The position numbers and the translations under genes were made by a program. The notes beneath the pieces were generated by a model that did not search any database, was not told the origin of the DNA, and saw only the letters and a list, made by a program, of their open reading frames with translations. This document shows positions 19,483-27,154 of a stretch of DNA of 36,683 bases, piece after piece (the first letter of the stretch is position 1; each line of letters starts with the position of its first letter). This stretch comes from Stellaceae bacterium (GTDB taxonomy: Bacteria; Pseudomonadota; Alphaproteobacteria; ATCC43930; CGMCC-115725), in assembly GCA_035569735.1 (NCBI GenBank), contig DATMMM010000443.1, positions 1 to 36,683 of the forward strand, in the 5' to 3' direction.

Positions 19483-20461
19483 GCGGCGTCTCCATCCTAA
19501 GTGGTTTCGCACGGCGATCGAGGCTGGCGCCGAACTCCAGCGCCTCGCGGGCCAATCGCTCGCGGTCTTCCAGCGAGGTCATCAGAATGCGGCTGCTCCT
19601 CGTCGTCAAAGGCAAGCTGGCGGCTTCGGCGTGGTCGGCACCGTCTATCATGATCCCATCGATGAGGCCGTGATAGTGGCTCGCAATCGAGGCCTGGGTC
19701 AGCGGCACACCGAGTTCGGCCATGATCTTCGCGGTGGGTCCTTTGACCGCCTGACCTCCAATTAAAGGCGAGATCCCGAGCGCCGGAGCAGCGCACTCCT
19801 GGAGCGCTTGTCTCAACGCAGGCAAAGCCAGGATCGGGCCCACGCTCAGGTAGGGGTTCGAGGGGCAGATCACCACCAATGCGAGATCGGGCGACCGCAG
19901 CGCCGCCATGACCTGTGCATTGGGCCTCGCCCGCTCGGCACCCTCAAAAATGATTCGGGTGACCGCGGGCTCGCAGCGGCGGGCGACGAAGTAGCGCTGG
20001 AAGGGCATCGTGCCCTCGGACGTCTCCACCAGGGTCCTGACGGGATCGTCGCTCATCGGCAGGAGCGCGGCGTCGATGCCGAGCCGGCGAGCAAAATCGT
20101 CGGTGACGGCCGTCAGGCTGTCGCCGCCGCCGAGCCTGCGCGTCCGCTGGACATGGGTGGCGAGATCGCCGTCGCCGAGCCGGAACCAGGTCTCGCCGCC
20201 GAGCGCCGCCAGTGCCTCCATGAACGTCCAGGTCTCGCCGCGGCGTCCCCAGCCGGTCTCGGGATTGCTGAGCCCGGCAAGGGTGTACATGACGGTGTCG
20301 AGATCGGGCGAAACATGCAGGCCGAGATGCACGAAATCGTCCCCTGTGTTGACGCAGAGGACGAGGTCGTTTGGTGCGAGGACCCGATAGAGTCCCAAGG
20401 CGAGCTTCGCCCCGCCGACGCCGCCGCAGAGGGCAAGCACCTTATGTCCGCGCGTGATCAT
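19472..20461 (-). CDS. cofD: 2-phospho-L-lactate (or EPPG):FO transferase
   Basis: KVLALCGGVGGAKLALGL N-terminus, PSNPYLSVGPIL and SPLIGGQAVKGP are CofD/FbiA hallmarks. The ATG at 20461 forms an ATGA overlap with the cofE stop. Confidence 0.85.
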   Translation of the reverse strand: MITRGHKVLALCGGVGGAKLALGLYRVLAPNDLVLCVNTGDDFVHLGLHVSPDLDTVMYTLAGLSNPETGWGRRGETWTFMEALAALGGETWFRLGDGDLATHVQRTRRLGGGDSLTAVTDDFARRLGIDAALLPMSDDPVRTLVETSEGTMPFQRYFVARRCEPAVTRIIFEGAERARPNAQVMAALRSPDLALVVICPSNPYLSVGPILALPALRQALQECAAPALGISPLIGGQAVKGPTAKIMAELGVPLTQASIASHYHGLIDGIMIDGADHAEAASLPLTTRSSRILMTSLEDRERLAREALEFGASLDRRAKPLRMETPRGP

Positions 20462-21231
20462 CGGAACAGATCGAGCTGCTTCGGCCGAATAAGAGCGCGC
20501 GCTGGAGACTCCGGCCGATTGCCCCAGTCCAACCCGTGCACGAGCACCGCCGGCTGGCGCTCGGCCGCCTGACCCATCACGAGGGAGGCCGCGGCGGCGA
20601 TCTCGTCGGCAAATCCGATCTGGGTCACGCGCAGCGTGCGGCCGAAAAGATCGGCTTCGCCCACCATATCCACGAGCGAGGGCAGACCCGCGGCGCCCAG
20701 CGCTATTCCCACCACGCCGTTCCGCCAGGCGCGACCGAAGCTGTCGTTGATGATGACGCCGAATGCCACGCCGAAATGCGCGTCGAGCCGGCGCTTGAGC
20801 CCAAGGCACGTGCCGTCTGGGTCCACCGGCAAGAGCAGCACGCGCTCGCCCTCCTCGGCGTGATCGATATTGGACTGGTCGACCCCGGCATTCGCCATGA
20901 CGAAGCCCAGGCGATGCTCGACGATCACCACGTCGCGCTTGCAGCGAAGGATCTCGGCCGATTCGGAAAGGATCACCTCGATGAGGCGTGGGTCCTTGTG
21001 GCTTTCGCGCGCGATCTCCTGGGCTCGCGGCGAGGCCGTCACCTCCTCGAGCCGGCGATAGCGCCCCTCGGCTTTCGAGACGATTTTCTGGGCGACTACC
21101 AGCACGTCCCGGTCGCGGGGCGCGTGCCCCGTCGCCTCGATCGCTTCGATCAGGATCGACGCGAGGTCGTCACCGGGCTCGATGAGCGGGATGCCCGGGA
21201 GTGCGATCAAGCCGACCCGTGCCGCGGCCAT
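20458..21231 (-). CDS. cofE: F420-0:gamma-glutamyl ligase, short form without the C-terminal FMN/nitroreductase domain
   Basis: LVVAQKIVSKAEGR, GFVMANAGVDQSN and INDSFGRAWRNG motifs. 257 aa. Confidence 0.85.
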   Translation of the reverse strand: MAAARVGLIALPGIPLIEPGDDLASILIEAIEATGHAPRDRDVLVVAQKIVSKAEGRYRRLEEVTASPRAQEIARESHKDPRLIEVILSESAEILRCKRDVVIVEHRLGFVMANAGVDQSNIDHAEEGERVLLLPVDPDGTCLGLKRRLDAHFGVAFGVIINDSFGRAWRNGVVGIALGAAGLPSLVDMVGEADLFGRTLRVTQIGFADEIAAAASLVMGQAAERQPAVLVHGLDWGNRPESPARALIRPKQLDLFR

Positions 21232-21277
21232 CCTCTACGCCTCGCTCTGCAGAGCCGATAATGCCGATAAGCCTCGC

Positions 21278-22054
21278 TCAGGTAAGCTTCATCTCTGTGA
21301 GCGGCAGGACGCGTACGCCCGCGGCTTCCAATTCCTGACGCACGCCGCGCGCCGCAACGACCGCGGTCGGCTCGTCGCCGTGGACGCAAAGGCTGTCGAT
21401 CTTGCGCGGCAAGTGCTTGCCGTTTCGCGAGACGATCTCCTCGTCGAGCACCATGCGGACGACGCGGTGCTTGATCTCCTCGGGGTCGTGCAGCACGGCA
21501 CCCGAAATCTTTCGCGAGGTGAGATTCCCGTCGTCGTCGTAGAGGCGGTCGCAGAAGCCCTCGCGCGCCAACGGCAGCTCGAGCTTGAGCGCGGCCGCTT
21601 CCATCTGCGATCCCGCGAGCGCCACATAGATGATGTTCCGATCGATGGTTTTGATGGCGCGGCCGATGGCGAGGCCGATCTCGAGGTCCTCGGCCGCCAT
21701 GTTGTTGAGGGAGCCGTGGGGCTTCAGATGAGTGACCTTGGTCCCTGCATAAGCCGCCATCCCCTGGAGCGCGCCGATCTGATAGGCGACCATGTACTCG
21801 AGATCGCGCGTGTTCATATCGATGCGGCGCCGGCCGAAGCCCCAGAGATCGTTGAAGCCCGGGTGGGCGCCGATGCTGACGCCCTTCTCCTTCGCGCGCG
21901 TCACCACGGTATGCATGGTGTTGGGATCGCCCGCATGGAACCCGCAGGCGATGCTCGCGGATTTGATGATGTCGAGCAGCGCATCATCGTTGCCGATCTT
22001 AAAGGCACCGAAGCTCTCGCCCATATCGGCATTCAAATTGACCTGGTTCGCCAT
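21278..22054 (-). CDS. pxpA: 5-oxoprolinase subunit A (LamB/YcsF family lactam hydrolase)
   Basis: VNLNADMGESFG…GFHAGDP…GAHPGFNDLWGFGRR…LKPHGSLNN. RBS GAGGAG. It sits 46 nt upstream of cofE on the same strand. Confidence 0.85.
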   Translation of the reverse strand: MANQVNLNADMGESFGAFKIGNDDALLDIIKSASIACGFHAGDPNTMHTVVTRAKEKGVSIGAHPGFNDLWGFGRRRIDMNTRDLEYMVAYQIGALQGMAAYAGTKVTHLKPHGSLNNMAAEDLEIGLAIGRAIKTIDRNIIYVALAGSQMEAAALKLELPLAREGFCDRLYDDDGNLTSRKISGAVLHDPEEIKHRVVRMVLDEEIVSRNGKHLPRKIDSLCVHGDEPTAVVAARGVRQELEAAGVRVLPLTEMKLT

Positions 22055-22082
22055 CGCGATCTCCTCGTCTCAAGCGCGCCCG

Positions 22083-22123
22083 GAGATATGGTATCAAGTT
22101 CCGGACGATGATAAGATAGTCTC
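22083..22123. promoter_or_regulatory. AT-rich imperfect inverted repeat in the pxpA/pxpB divergent spacer; candidate GntR operator
   Basis: GAGATATGGTATC (22083-22095) faces GATAAGATAGTCTC (22110-22123). The reverse complement of the right arm is GAGACTATCTTATC, which matches about 11 of 13 with one indel. It is the only AT-rich patch in a GC-rich spacer. Confidence 0.3.
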
Positions 22124-22210
22124 TTTGAGCGCGTCCGTTCAATGACTTAGCCTGCTCGGAATCGCAGCCGCCGTCGACTCCGGCGCGATCCGGGCGCCGG
22201 GTGTCCCGAG

Positions 22211-22933
22211 GTGGCCGTCAAATTCCTGCCCAGCGCCGACAGCGCCGTCATCGTCGAGTTCGGCGATCGGATCGACCGCGCGGTCAGCGATCAGGTGCTC
22301 GGTCTCGCCGCCCGGATGCGCGCGGCCGATATCGCCGGCGTCGTGGAGGTCGTGCCGAGTTTTCGCTCGCTCATGGTGCAGTATGACCCGCTGCGCACAA
22401 GCTCGGCCGAGCTCATCGGGGCCATCCAGACTCTGCTGACCAGGAAGACCGCGCTCGACCGGAAGCGGCGCCTCTGGCGCGTGCCCGTTTGTTACGAGAG
22501 CGACTTCGCGCCCGATCTCGAGAGTGTCGCCCGGCAGACCAAGCTTGCTCTCGAGGAGGTCATAGCGCTCCACGCGGGCACTCGATACCACGTCTACATG
22601 ATCGGCTTCGTGCCGGGCTATCCCTATATGGGAGGCCTCGCCGAAGCCCTGGTCCTGCCGCGGCGTGCCGATCCGCGCATTCGCGTCCCACCGGGCTCGG
22701 TCGCGATCGCGACCACCATGACCGCGATCTATCCGCTCGAGAGTCCCGGCGGCTGGCATCTCATCGGCACGACGCCGATCCGGATCTTCGACACGCTCGC
22801 CTCGCCCCCGGCGCTGTTCGCGCCTGGCGACGCCGTCGAGTTCGAGCCCGTGGATAGCGCGACCTTTGCCCGGATCCGATCCGCCACGGAACGGCGCGAC
22901 TATCGGCCGGCCTCGACGGAGCTCGCGGCATGA
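22211..22933 (+). CDS. pxpB: 5-oxoprolinase subunit B (KipI / allophanate hydrolase subunit 1 family)
   Basis: KFLPSADSAVIVEFGD…VVPSFRSLMVQYDP…GFVPGYPYMGGL. GTG start. The TGA overlaps the pxpC ATG (ATGA at 22930-22933). Confidence 0.8.
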   Translation: MAVKFLPSADSAVIVEFGDRIDRAVSDQVLGLAARMRAADIAGVVEVVPSFRSLMVQYDPLRTSSAELIGAIQTLLTRKTALDRKRRLWRVPVCYESDFAPDLESVARQTKLALEEVIALHAGTRYHVYMIGFVPGYPYMGGLAEALVLPRRADPRIRVPPGSVAIATTMTAIYPLESPGGWHLIGTTPIRIFDTLASPPALFAPGDAVEFEPVDSATFARIRSATERRDYRPASTELAA

Positions 22934-23964
22934 CGGCGGCGCTCAAGGTCGTGGCTCCCGGTATTCATACGACCATCCAGGATCTCGGCCGCTACGGCTA
23001 TCAAGCCTTTGGCGTGCCGGTATCGGGTGCGCTCGATGTCATCAGCCATCGGCTCGCCAATCGCATCGTCGGGAATGTCGATAACGCGCCGACACTGGAG
23101 ATCCTCTTTCAAGGACCGACGCTCGAAGTGATGGCGGACTCCGCGCGCATTGCCATCGCAGGCGGCGCCGCCGAGATCGAGCTCATGGGCGCTCGCCCGA
23201 GCAGCCTCGGTGGCTGGCGCAGCGCTTTGCTGCGCCGCGGGCAGAGATTTCGCGTGAGCAAGCTCGGCGAAGCCGCTTGCTGTTATCTCGCCGTGGAGGG
23301 CGGCTTCGGCATCGAGCCTTGCCTCGGCAGCGCATCGACCTACGCTCGCGGCGGCTTCGGCGGGCTCGAGGGCCGTGCGGTTCAGGCGGGCGATCTGGTG
23401 CCGCTCGTACGCGAGCAGGCCTCGGAGCGCGCCGAGCTCGGGCTTGCCGAGCCGCCTCGGCCAAGCCGGGAGCAGCGGATCCGGATCGTGCTTGGGCCTC
23501 AGCAAGACCACTTCACCGAGGCCGCGCTCGAGCGCCTCGTCAGCGAGGACTTCATCGTCTCCAAGCATGCGGATCGCATGGGGATGCGCCTCGACGGGCC
23601 GCTCCTCGCGCATCGCGACGGCTACAACATCGTCTCGGACGGCATCGCCACCGGCGCCATCCAGGTGCCGGGCTCCGGCCAACCCATCCTCCTACTCGCC
23701 GATCACCAGACCACCGGCGGCTATCCCAAGATCGCGACGGTGATCTCGGCGGATATTCCGGTGGTGGGCCGGCGCAAGCCCGGCGACCTCGTTCGATTCG
23801 CGGCCGTCAATGTCGCCGAGGCGGAACGGCTGCGCTGCGACCAGGAGGCCGCTTTCAAGGCTCTGGTTGCCGGCCTGGCGCCGCTCAAGCCGGCGGGAGG
23901 CCTCGATGCGGCGCGGCTCCTCGATGCCAATCTCATCAGCGGCGTGGTGTTCGACGAGACATGA
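22930..23964 (+). CDS. pxpC: 5-oxoprolinase subunit C (KipA / allophanate hydrolase subunit 2 family)
   Basis: TTIQDLGRYGYQAFGVPVSGALD…DHQTTGGYPKIATV. Confidence 0.85.
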   Translation: MTAALKVVAPGIHTTIQDLGRYGYQAFGVPVSGALDVISHRLANRIVGNVDNAPTLEILFQGPTLEVMADSARIAIAGGAAEIELMGARPSSLGGWRSALLRRGQRFRVSKLGEAACCYLAVEGGFGIEPCLGSASTYARGGFGGLEGRAVQAGDLVPLVREQASERAELGLAEPPRPSREQRIRIVLGPQQDHFTEAALERLVSEDFIVSKHADRMGMRLDGPLLAHRDGYNIVSDGIATGAIQVPGSGQPILLLADHQTTGGYPKIATVISADIPVVGRRKPGDLVRFAAVNVAEAERLRCDQEAAFKALVAGLAPLKPAGGLDAARLLDANLISGVVFDET

Positions 23965-23988
23965 CGTGGAGGGAGGGACAGGCGCACC

Positions 23989-24753
23989 ATGACTGAGCTT
24001 GCCAAGACGCTGCGGCTGAGCGCGGTTCCGCTCTATATTCAGGTCGCGGCGGAGCTCCGGCGGCGCATCGAGAGCGGCCACTGGGCATCCGGCCAGAAGA
24101 TCTCGACCATCGAGGATCTGCAGAGGGAGTTCGGGGTCGCGCGCGTCACCGTCCGCCAGGCCGTCGAGCTGTTGGAGAACGATGGGCTGGTGCGCCGCCA
24201 GCAAGGACGGGGGACCTTCGTCGCGGCGGAGCTCGAGGACACCCGCTGGCTCAAGCTCGACACCAGCTGGTCCTCGCTGATCGGCACGCTCAAGCACAAT
24301 GTGCCCAAATTCATGCCGGTGAGCGCGCCGACCGAGCCGCCCCGGCTCGGGCCCGAGGAGGGCAAACCCTCTCCCGACTATGTCTTCCTGCGCAGCGTGC
24401 AATATCGAGGCGACCGAGCCTATTCAGTCGTGAGCGTCCAATTGGCGAAAGACATTTACGAGCGCGATCCCCACGCGTTTCGGCGGCATGCTGCGCTCCC
24501 CATCGTGGCGGAAATGGCAGGGATAAAAATCGCCAGCGCCCGGCAGACGCTGGTCATCGGCAGCGCCGACCCCGAGATCGCGGGACTGCTCGGCGTGCCC
24601 CTCAATGCGCCCACCGCCGAGGCTCGCTGCGTGGTGATCGACCGTCGCGGCATCGCCATCTATGTCGCCGATATCATCTACCGCGGCGATTGCATCCGCC
24701 TGGAGACCACCTTGCTCAACGACGGCGGCTCCAAGCGGAGCGCGAAGGGCTGA
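23989..24753 (+). CDS. GntR-family transcriptional regulator, HutC-type (winged HTH + UTRA effector domain)
   Basis: PLYIQVAAELRRRIESGHW…KISTIEDLQREFGVARVTVRQAVELLENDGLVRRQQGRGTFV. 254 aa. Confidence 0.85.
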   Translation: MTELAKTLRLSAVPLYIQVAAELRRRIESGHWASGQKISTIEDLQREFGVARVTVRQAVELLENDGLVRRQQGRGTFVAAELEDTRWLKLDTSWSSLIGTLKHNVPKFMPVSAPTEPPRLGPEEGKPSPDYVFLRSVQYRGDRAYSVVSVQLAKDIYERDPHAFRRHAALPIVAEMAGIKIASARQTLVIGSADPEIAGLLGVPLNAPTAEARCVVIDRRGIAIYVADIIYRGDCIRLETTLLNDGGSKRSAKG

Positions 24754-24761
24754 CCGGGCAC

Positions 24762-25400
24762 TCACACCGGCGCATCGCGGGGCGTCCACGAGATCTCATC
24801 GATCGGCCGGCGCGTCGCGGGTTTGCCGGGTCCGGCGGGCCGGCCGAGCGTCACGATGGCCTGCGGCTCCCATCCCTTCGGCAGCCCCAACGCCTCGGTG
24901 ACCACGTCGGGACAGAAGAGCGGCGCGCACATCCAGCAGGCGCCGAGGCCCTCGGCGTGCGCCGCCAGCAGCAGGTTCTGCACCGCCATGGCGGCGCTCT
25001 GCACGGCCATGGTGTGCTCGGCCCGTCGCCGATCGTCGGGGTAGCGGTCCATGTCCGCCATGTCGAGCGCCACGACGATCACCACGGGGGCGCCAGTGAT
25101 GCGCGCGTAGGAGCGCGCGACGTCCTGCTCGATCGCGGCGACGGAATCGCCATCCGCCAGCCGGTCTCGCCGGAGCCGCTCGCCCATGGCGAGCGCGAGC
25201 CGGTCCTTCCAGTCGAACGCCGTCAGCATCGCGAAGCGCCAGGGCTGCCGGTTGTGCGCCGAGGGCGCCCAGCGCGCCGCCGCCAGGACGCGGTCGAGCG
25301 TTTCGGCCGGCACGGCGCTCGCTTCATAACGCCGGATCGAGCGCCGATCGGCCACCAGGCTATAGAAGATCTCCGCAGGAGACTGCCGGCCGGACGTCAT
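24762..25400 (-). CDS. Stand-alone nitroreductase-fold FMN protein
   Basis: RRSIRRY…AARWAPSAHNRQPWRF…AMAVQNLLLAAHAEGLGACWM. 212 aa. GGAG RBS. Confidence 0.85.
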   Translation of the reverse strand: MTSGRQSPAEIFYSLVADRRSIRRYEASAVPAETLDRVLAAARWAPSAHNRQPWRFAMLTAFDWKDRLALAMGERLRRDRLADGDSVAAIEQDVARSYARITGAPVVIVVALDMADMDRYPDDRRRAEHTMAVQSAAMAVQNLLLAAHAEGLGACWMCAPLFCPDVVTEALGLPKGWEPQAIVTLGRPAGPGKPATRRPIDEISWTPRDAPV

Positions 25401-25506
25401 TCCCGATCTCCATCCTGACTTACATGTCCTCGCATGTTGTCATAGGCCCGCGGCTGGAGCACCATCGGCGACCGAGGGAATTTCTCGAGCTCGAGGGAGG
25501 CGTGTC

Positions 25507-26085
25507 ATGAGTGTTGCGGATGCGAACCATGTGGTTCTGACCGGCGAAAATCCATTCATCCGGCTGAGCGAGCGCGACGGCGACCCCAACAAGACGGATG
25601 CGAGCTTCTGGCGCATCATCTTTTGCCCAGCAGGGCCGGGGCATGTGCTCTACCTCAAGAGCGAGCTCACGGAGAACCGCTGGCGCATTTATTCCGACAA
25701 CATCGCGATGGCGCGCTGGCTGCAATCGACCGTGCAGGGCATGCTCAATGCCGAGCTCGCCGACACCGGCATCCCCGTGATCGACGCCGGCTTCGAGAAG
25801 TCCGGAGACGTCCGCGACTTCTGGACCGAGCGCGTGGCCACGAGGAACGACGAGATCAGCCTCACCTGGTATCGGATCGGCGAGCCCCTGCTGATCCACA
25901 CTCAGCCGAATGCGGCACCGGACCGGCCCTACGGCGTGTGCACGGTTCTGATACCGGCGCTCGGCGCGCGGCTTTCGCGCAACGGCGTCGAGGCCACCGG
26001 CCGGCCCTGGCCGCGGCAGCGCGAAGGCCGGCCCTTCAGCACCTGCGCGCTCGCCTTCTCGGAAAGCTGGACCGAGGCCCGATAA
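25507..26085 (+). CDS. Hypothetical protein, no family recognised
   Basis: ATG is preceded by GGGAGG (25494-25499). Codon usage is gene-like, there is no competing ORF, and it is 192 aa. I recognise no motif. Confidence 0.6.
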   Translation: MSVADANHVVLTGENPFIRLSERDGDPNKTDASFWRIIFCPAGPGHVLYLKSELTENRWRIYSDNIAMARWLQSTVQGMLNAELADTGIPVIDAGFEKSGDVRDFWTERVATRNDEISLTWYRIGEPLLIHTQPNAAPDRPYGVCTVLIPALGARLSRNGVEATGRPWPRQREGRPFSTCALAFSESWTEAR

Positions 26086-26107
26086 GCGGCCCCACGAAAG
26101 CCGCTCG

Positions 26108-26899
26108 ATGAAGGCCGCGGGCCATGTCGTGGTGGTGACGGGCGGCGCCGGCGGCATCGGCCGCGCGCTCGCCGAGCGCTTTCACCGGGACGGCGCCAAG
26201 ACCGTCGTGATCGCCGATCTCGACACAGTCGGCGCAGATGCCGTCGCGGCCGGCATCGGCGGCGCCGCGATGCGCTGCGACGTCGGTAATGAGGCGGAGG
26301 TCGCGGCGCTGGTCGACGAGACGGAGCGCCGGTTCGGCCCCATCGGCCTCTTCTGCTCGAATGCGGGCGTCGCCGCCGGCTTCGATCTCCACGGCGAGAC
26401 CGTCGCGGGCGCCTCGAACGAGGATTGGGCGCGAAGCTGGGCCGTCAACGTGATGGCTCACGTCTATGCGGCGCGCGCCCTGGTTCCGCGCATGAAGGCG
26501 CGCGGCGGCGGGAATTTCCTGATCACGGTTTCCGCCGCCGGATTGCTGTCGCAGATCGGCAGCGCGACCTATTCGACGACCAAGCACGCCGCGGTCGGCT
26601 TTGCCGAGAGCCTCGCGATCGCTCATCGCGCCGACGGCATCCGGGTCTCGATCCTGTGTCCCCAGGGTGTCGATACCGCGATGCTGCGCTCGCTGCCCCG
26701 GGGACCGCAGTCCTTCGACGGCGTGCTGACGCCCAAGGAGGTCGCGGCCGCCGCCACCGCGGGGCTCGAGCGCGAGAGTTTCCTGATCTTGCCGCACCCC
26801 GAGGTTGAGACCTACGTGCTCCGGAAGACCGACAATTACGACCGCTGGATCGCCGGCATGGCGAAGCTGCTGAAAGCCACCCGCGAGGGCCGCGGGTGA
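26108..26899 (+). CDS. Short-chain dehydrogenase/reductase (SDR)
   Basis: VVVTGGAGGIGRA cofactor motif, NAG, and catalytic YSTTKHA (YxxxK). Confidence 0.85.
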   Translation: MKAAGHVVVVTGGAGGIGRALAERFHRDGAKTVVIADLDTVGADAVAAGIGGAAMRCDVGNEAEVAALVDETERRFGPIGLFCSNAGVAAGFDLHGETVAGASNEDWARSWAVNVMAHVYAARALVPRMKARGGGNFLITVSAAGLLSQIGSATYSTTKHAAVGFAESLAIAHRADGIRVSILCPQGVDTAMLRSLPRGPQSFDGVLTPKEVAAAATAGLERESFLILPHPEVETYVLRKTDNYDRWIAGMAKLLKATREGRG

Positions 26900-26908
26900 G
26901 CCGCCGGA

Positions 26909-27154
26909 TTAGCCGCCGGCCATTTTCGGGAGAATGACCACCTCGCTCCCCGGCGGGATCGCGCGCAGCCAGTCGTCGCGGTAGATCTCGCCGTTGATTG
27001 CCACGGCAACGCCGCGCTCGAGCATCGGCTTGAGCTTCGGATGATCCTGGCCGAGGCGCGACAGCAGCTGATGGATGGTCGCCGCCTCGACCTCGACCTT
27101 GGCCCGGCCGCCGGCCGCCGCCTTGAGCGGGCCCGACAGCATGACCTCGACCAT
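26909..27154 (-). CDS. MoaD/ThiS-family ubiquitin-like sulfur-carrier protein (C-terminal Gly-Gly)
   Basis: 81 aa ending …GSEVVILPKMAGG-stop, the beta-grasp length and layout of MoaD. Its ATG overlaps the TGA of the upstream Moco subunit gene (TGATG at 27152-27156). Confidence 0.7.
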   Translation of the reverse strand: MVEVMLSGPLKAAAGGRAKVEVEAATIHQLLSRLGQDHPKLKPMLERGVAVAINGEIYRDDWLRAIPPGSEVVILPKMAGG

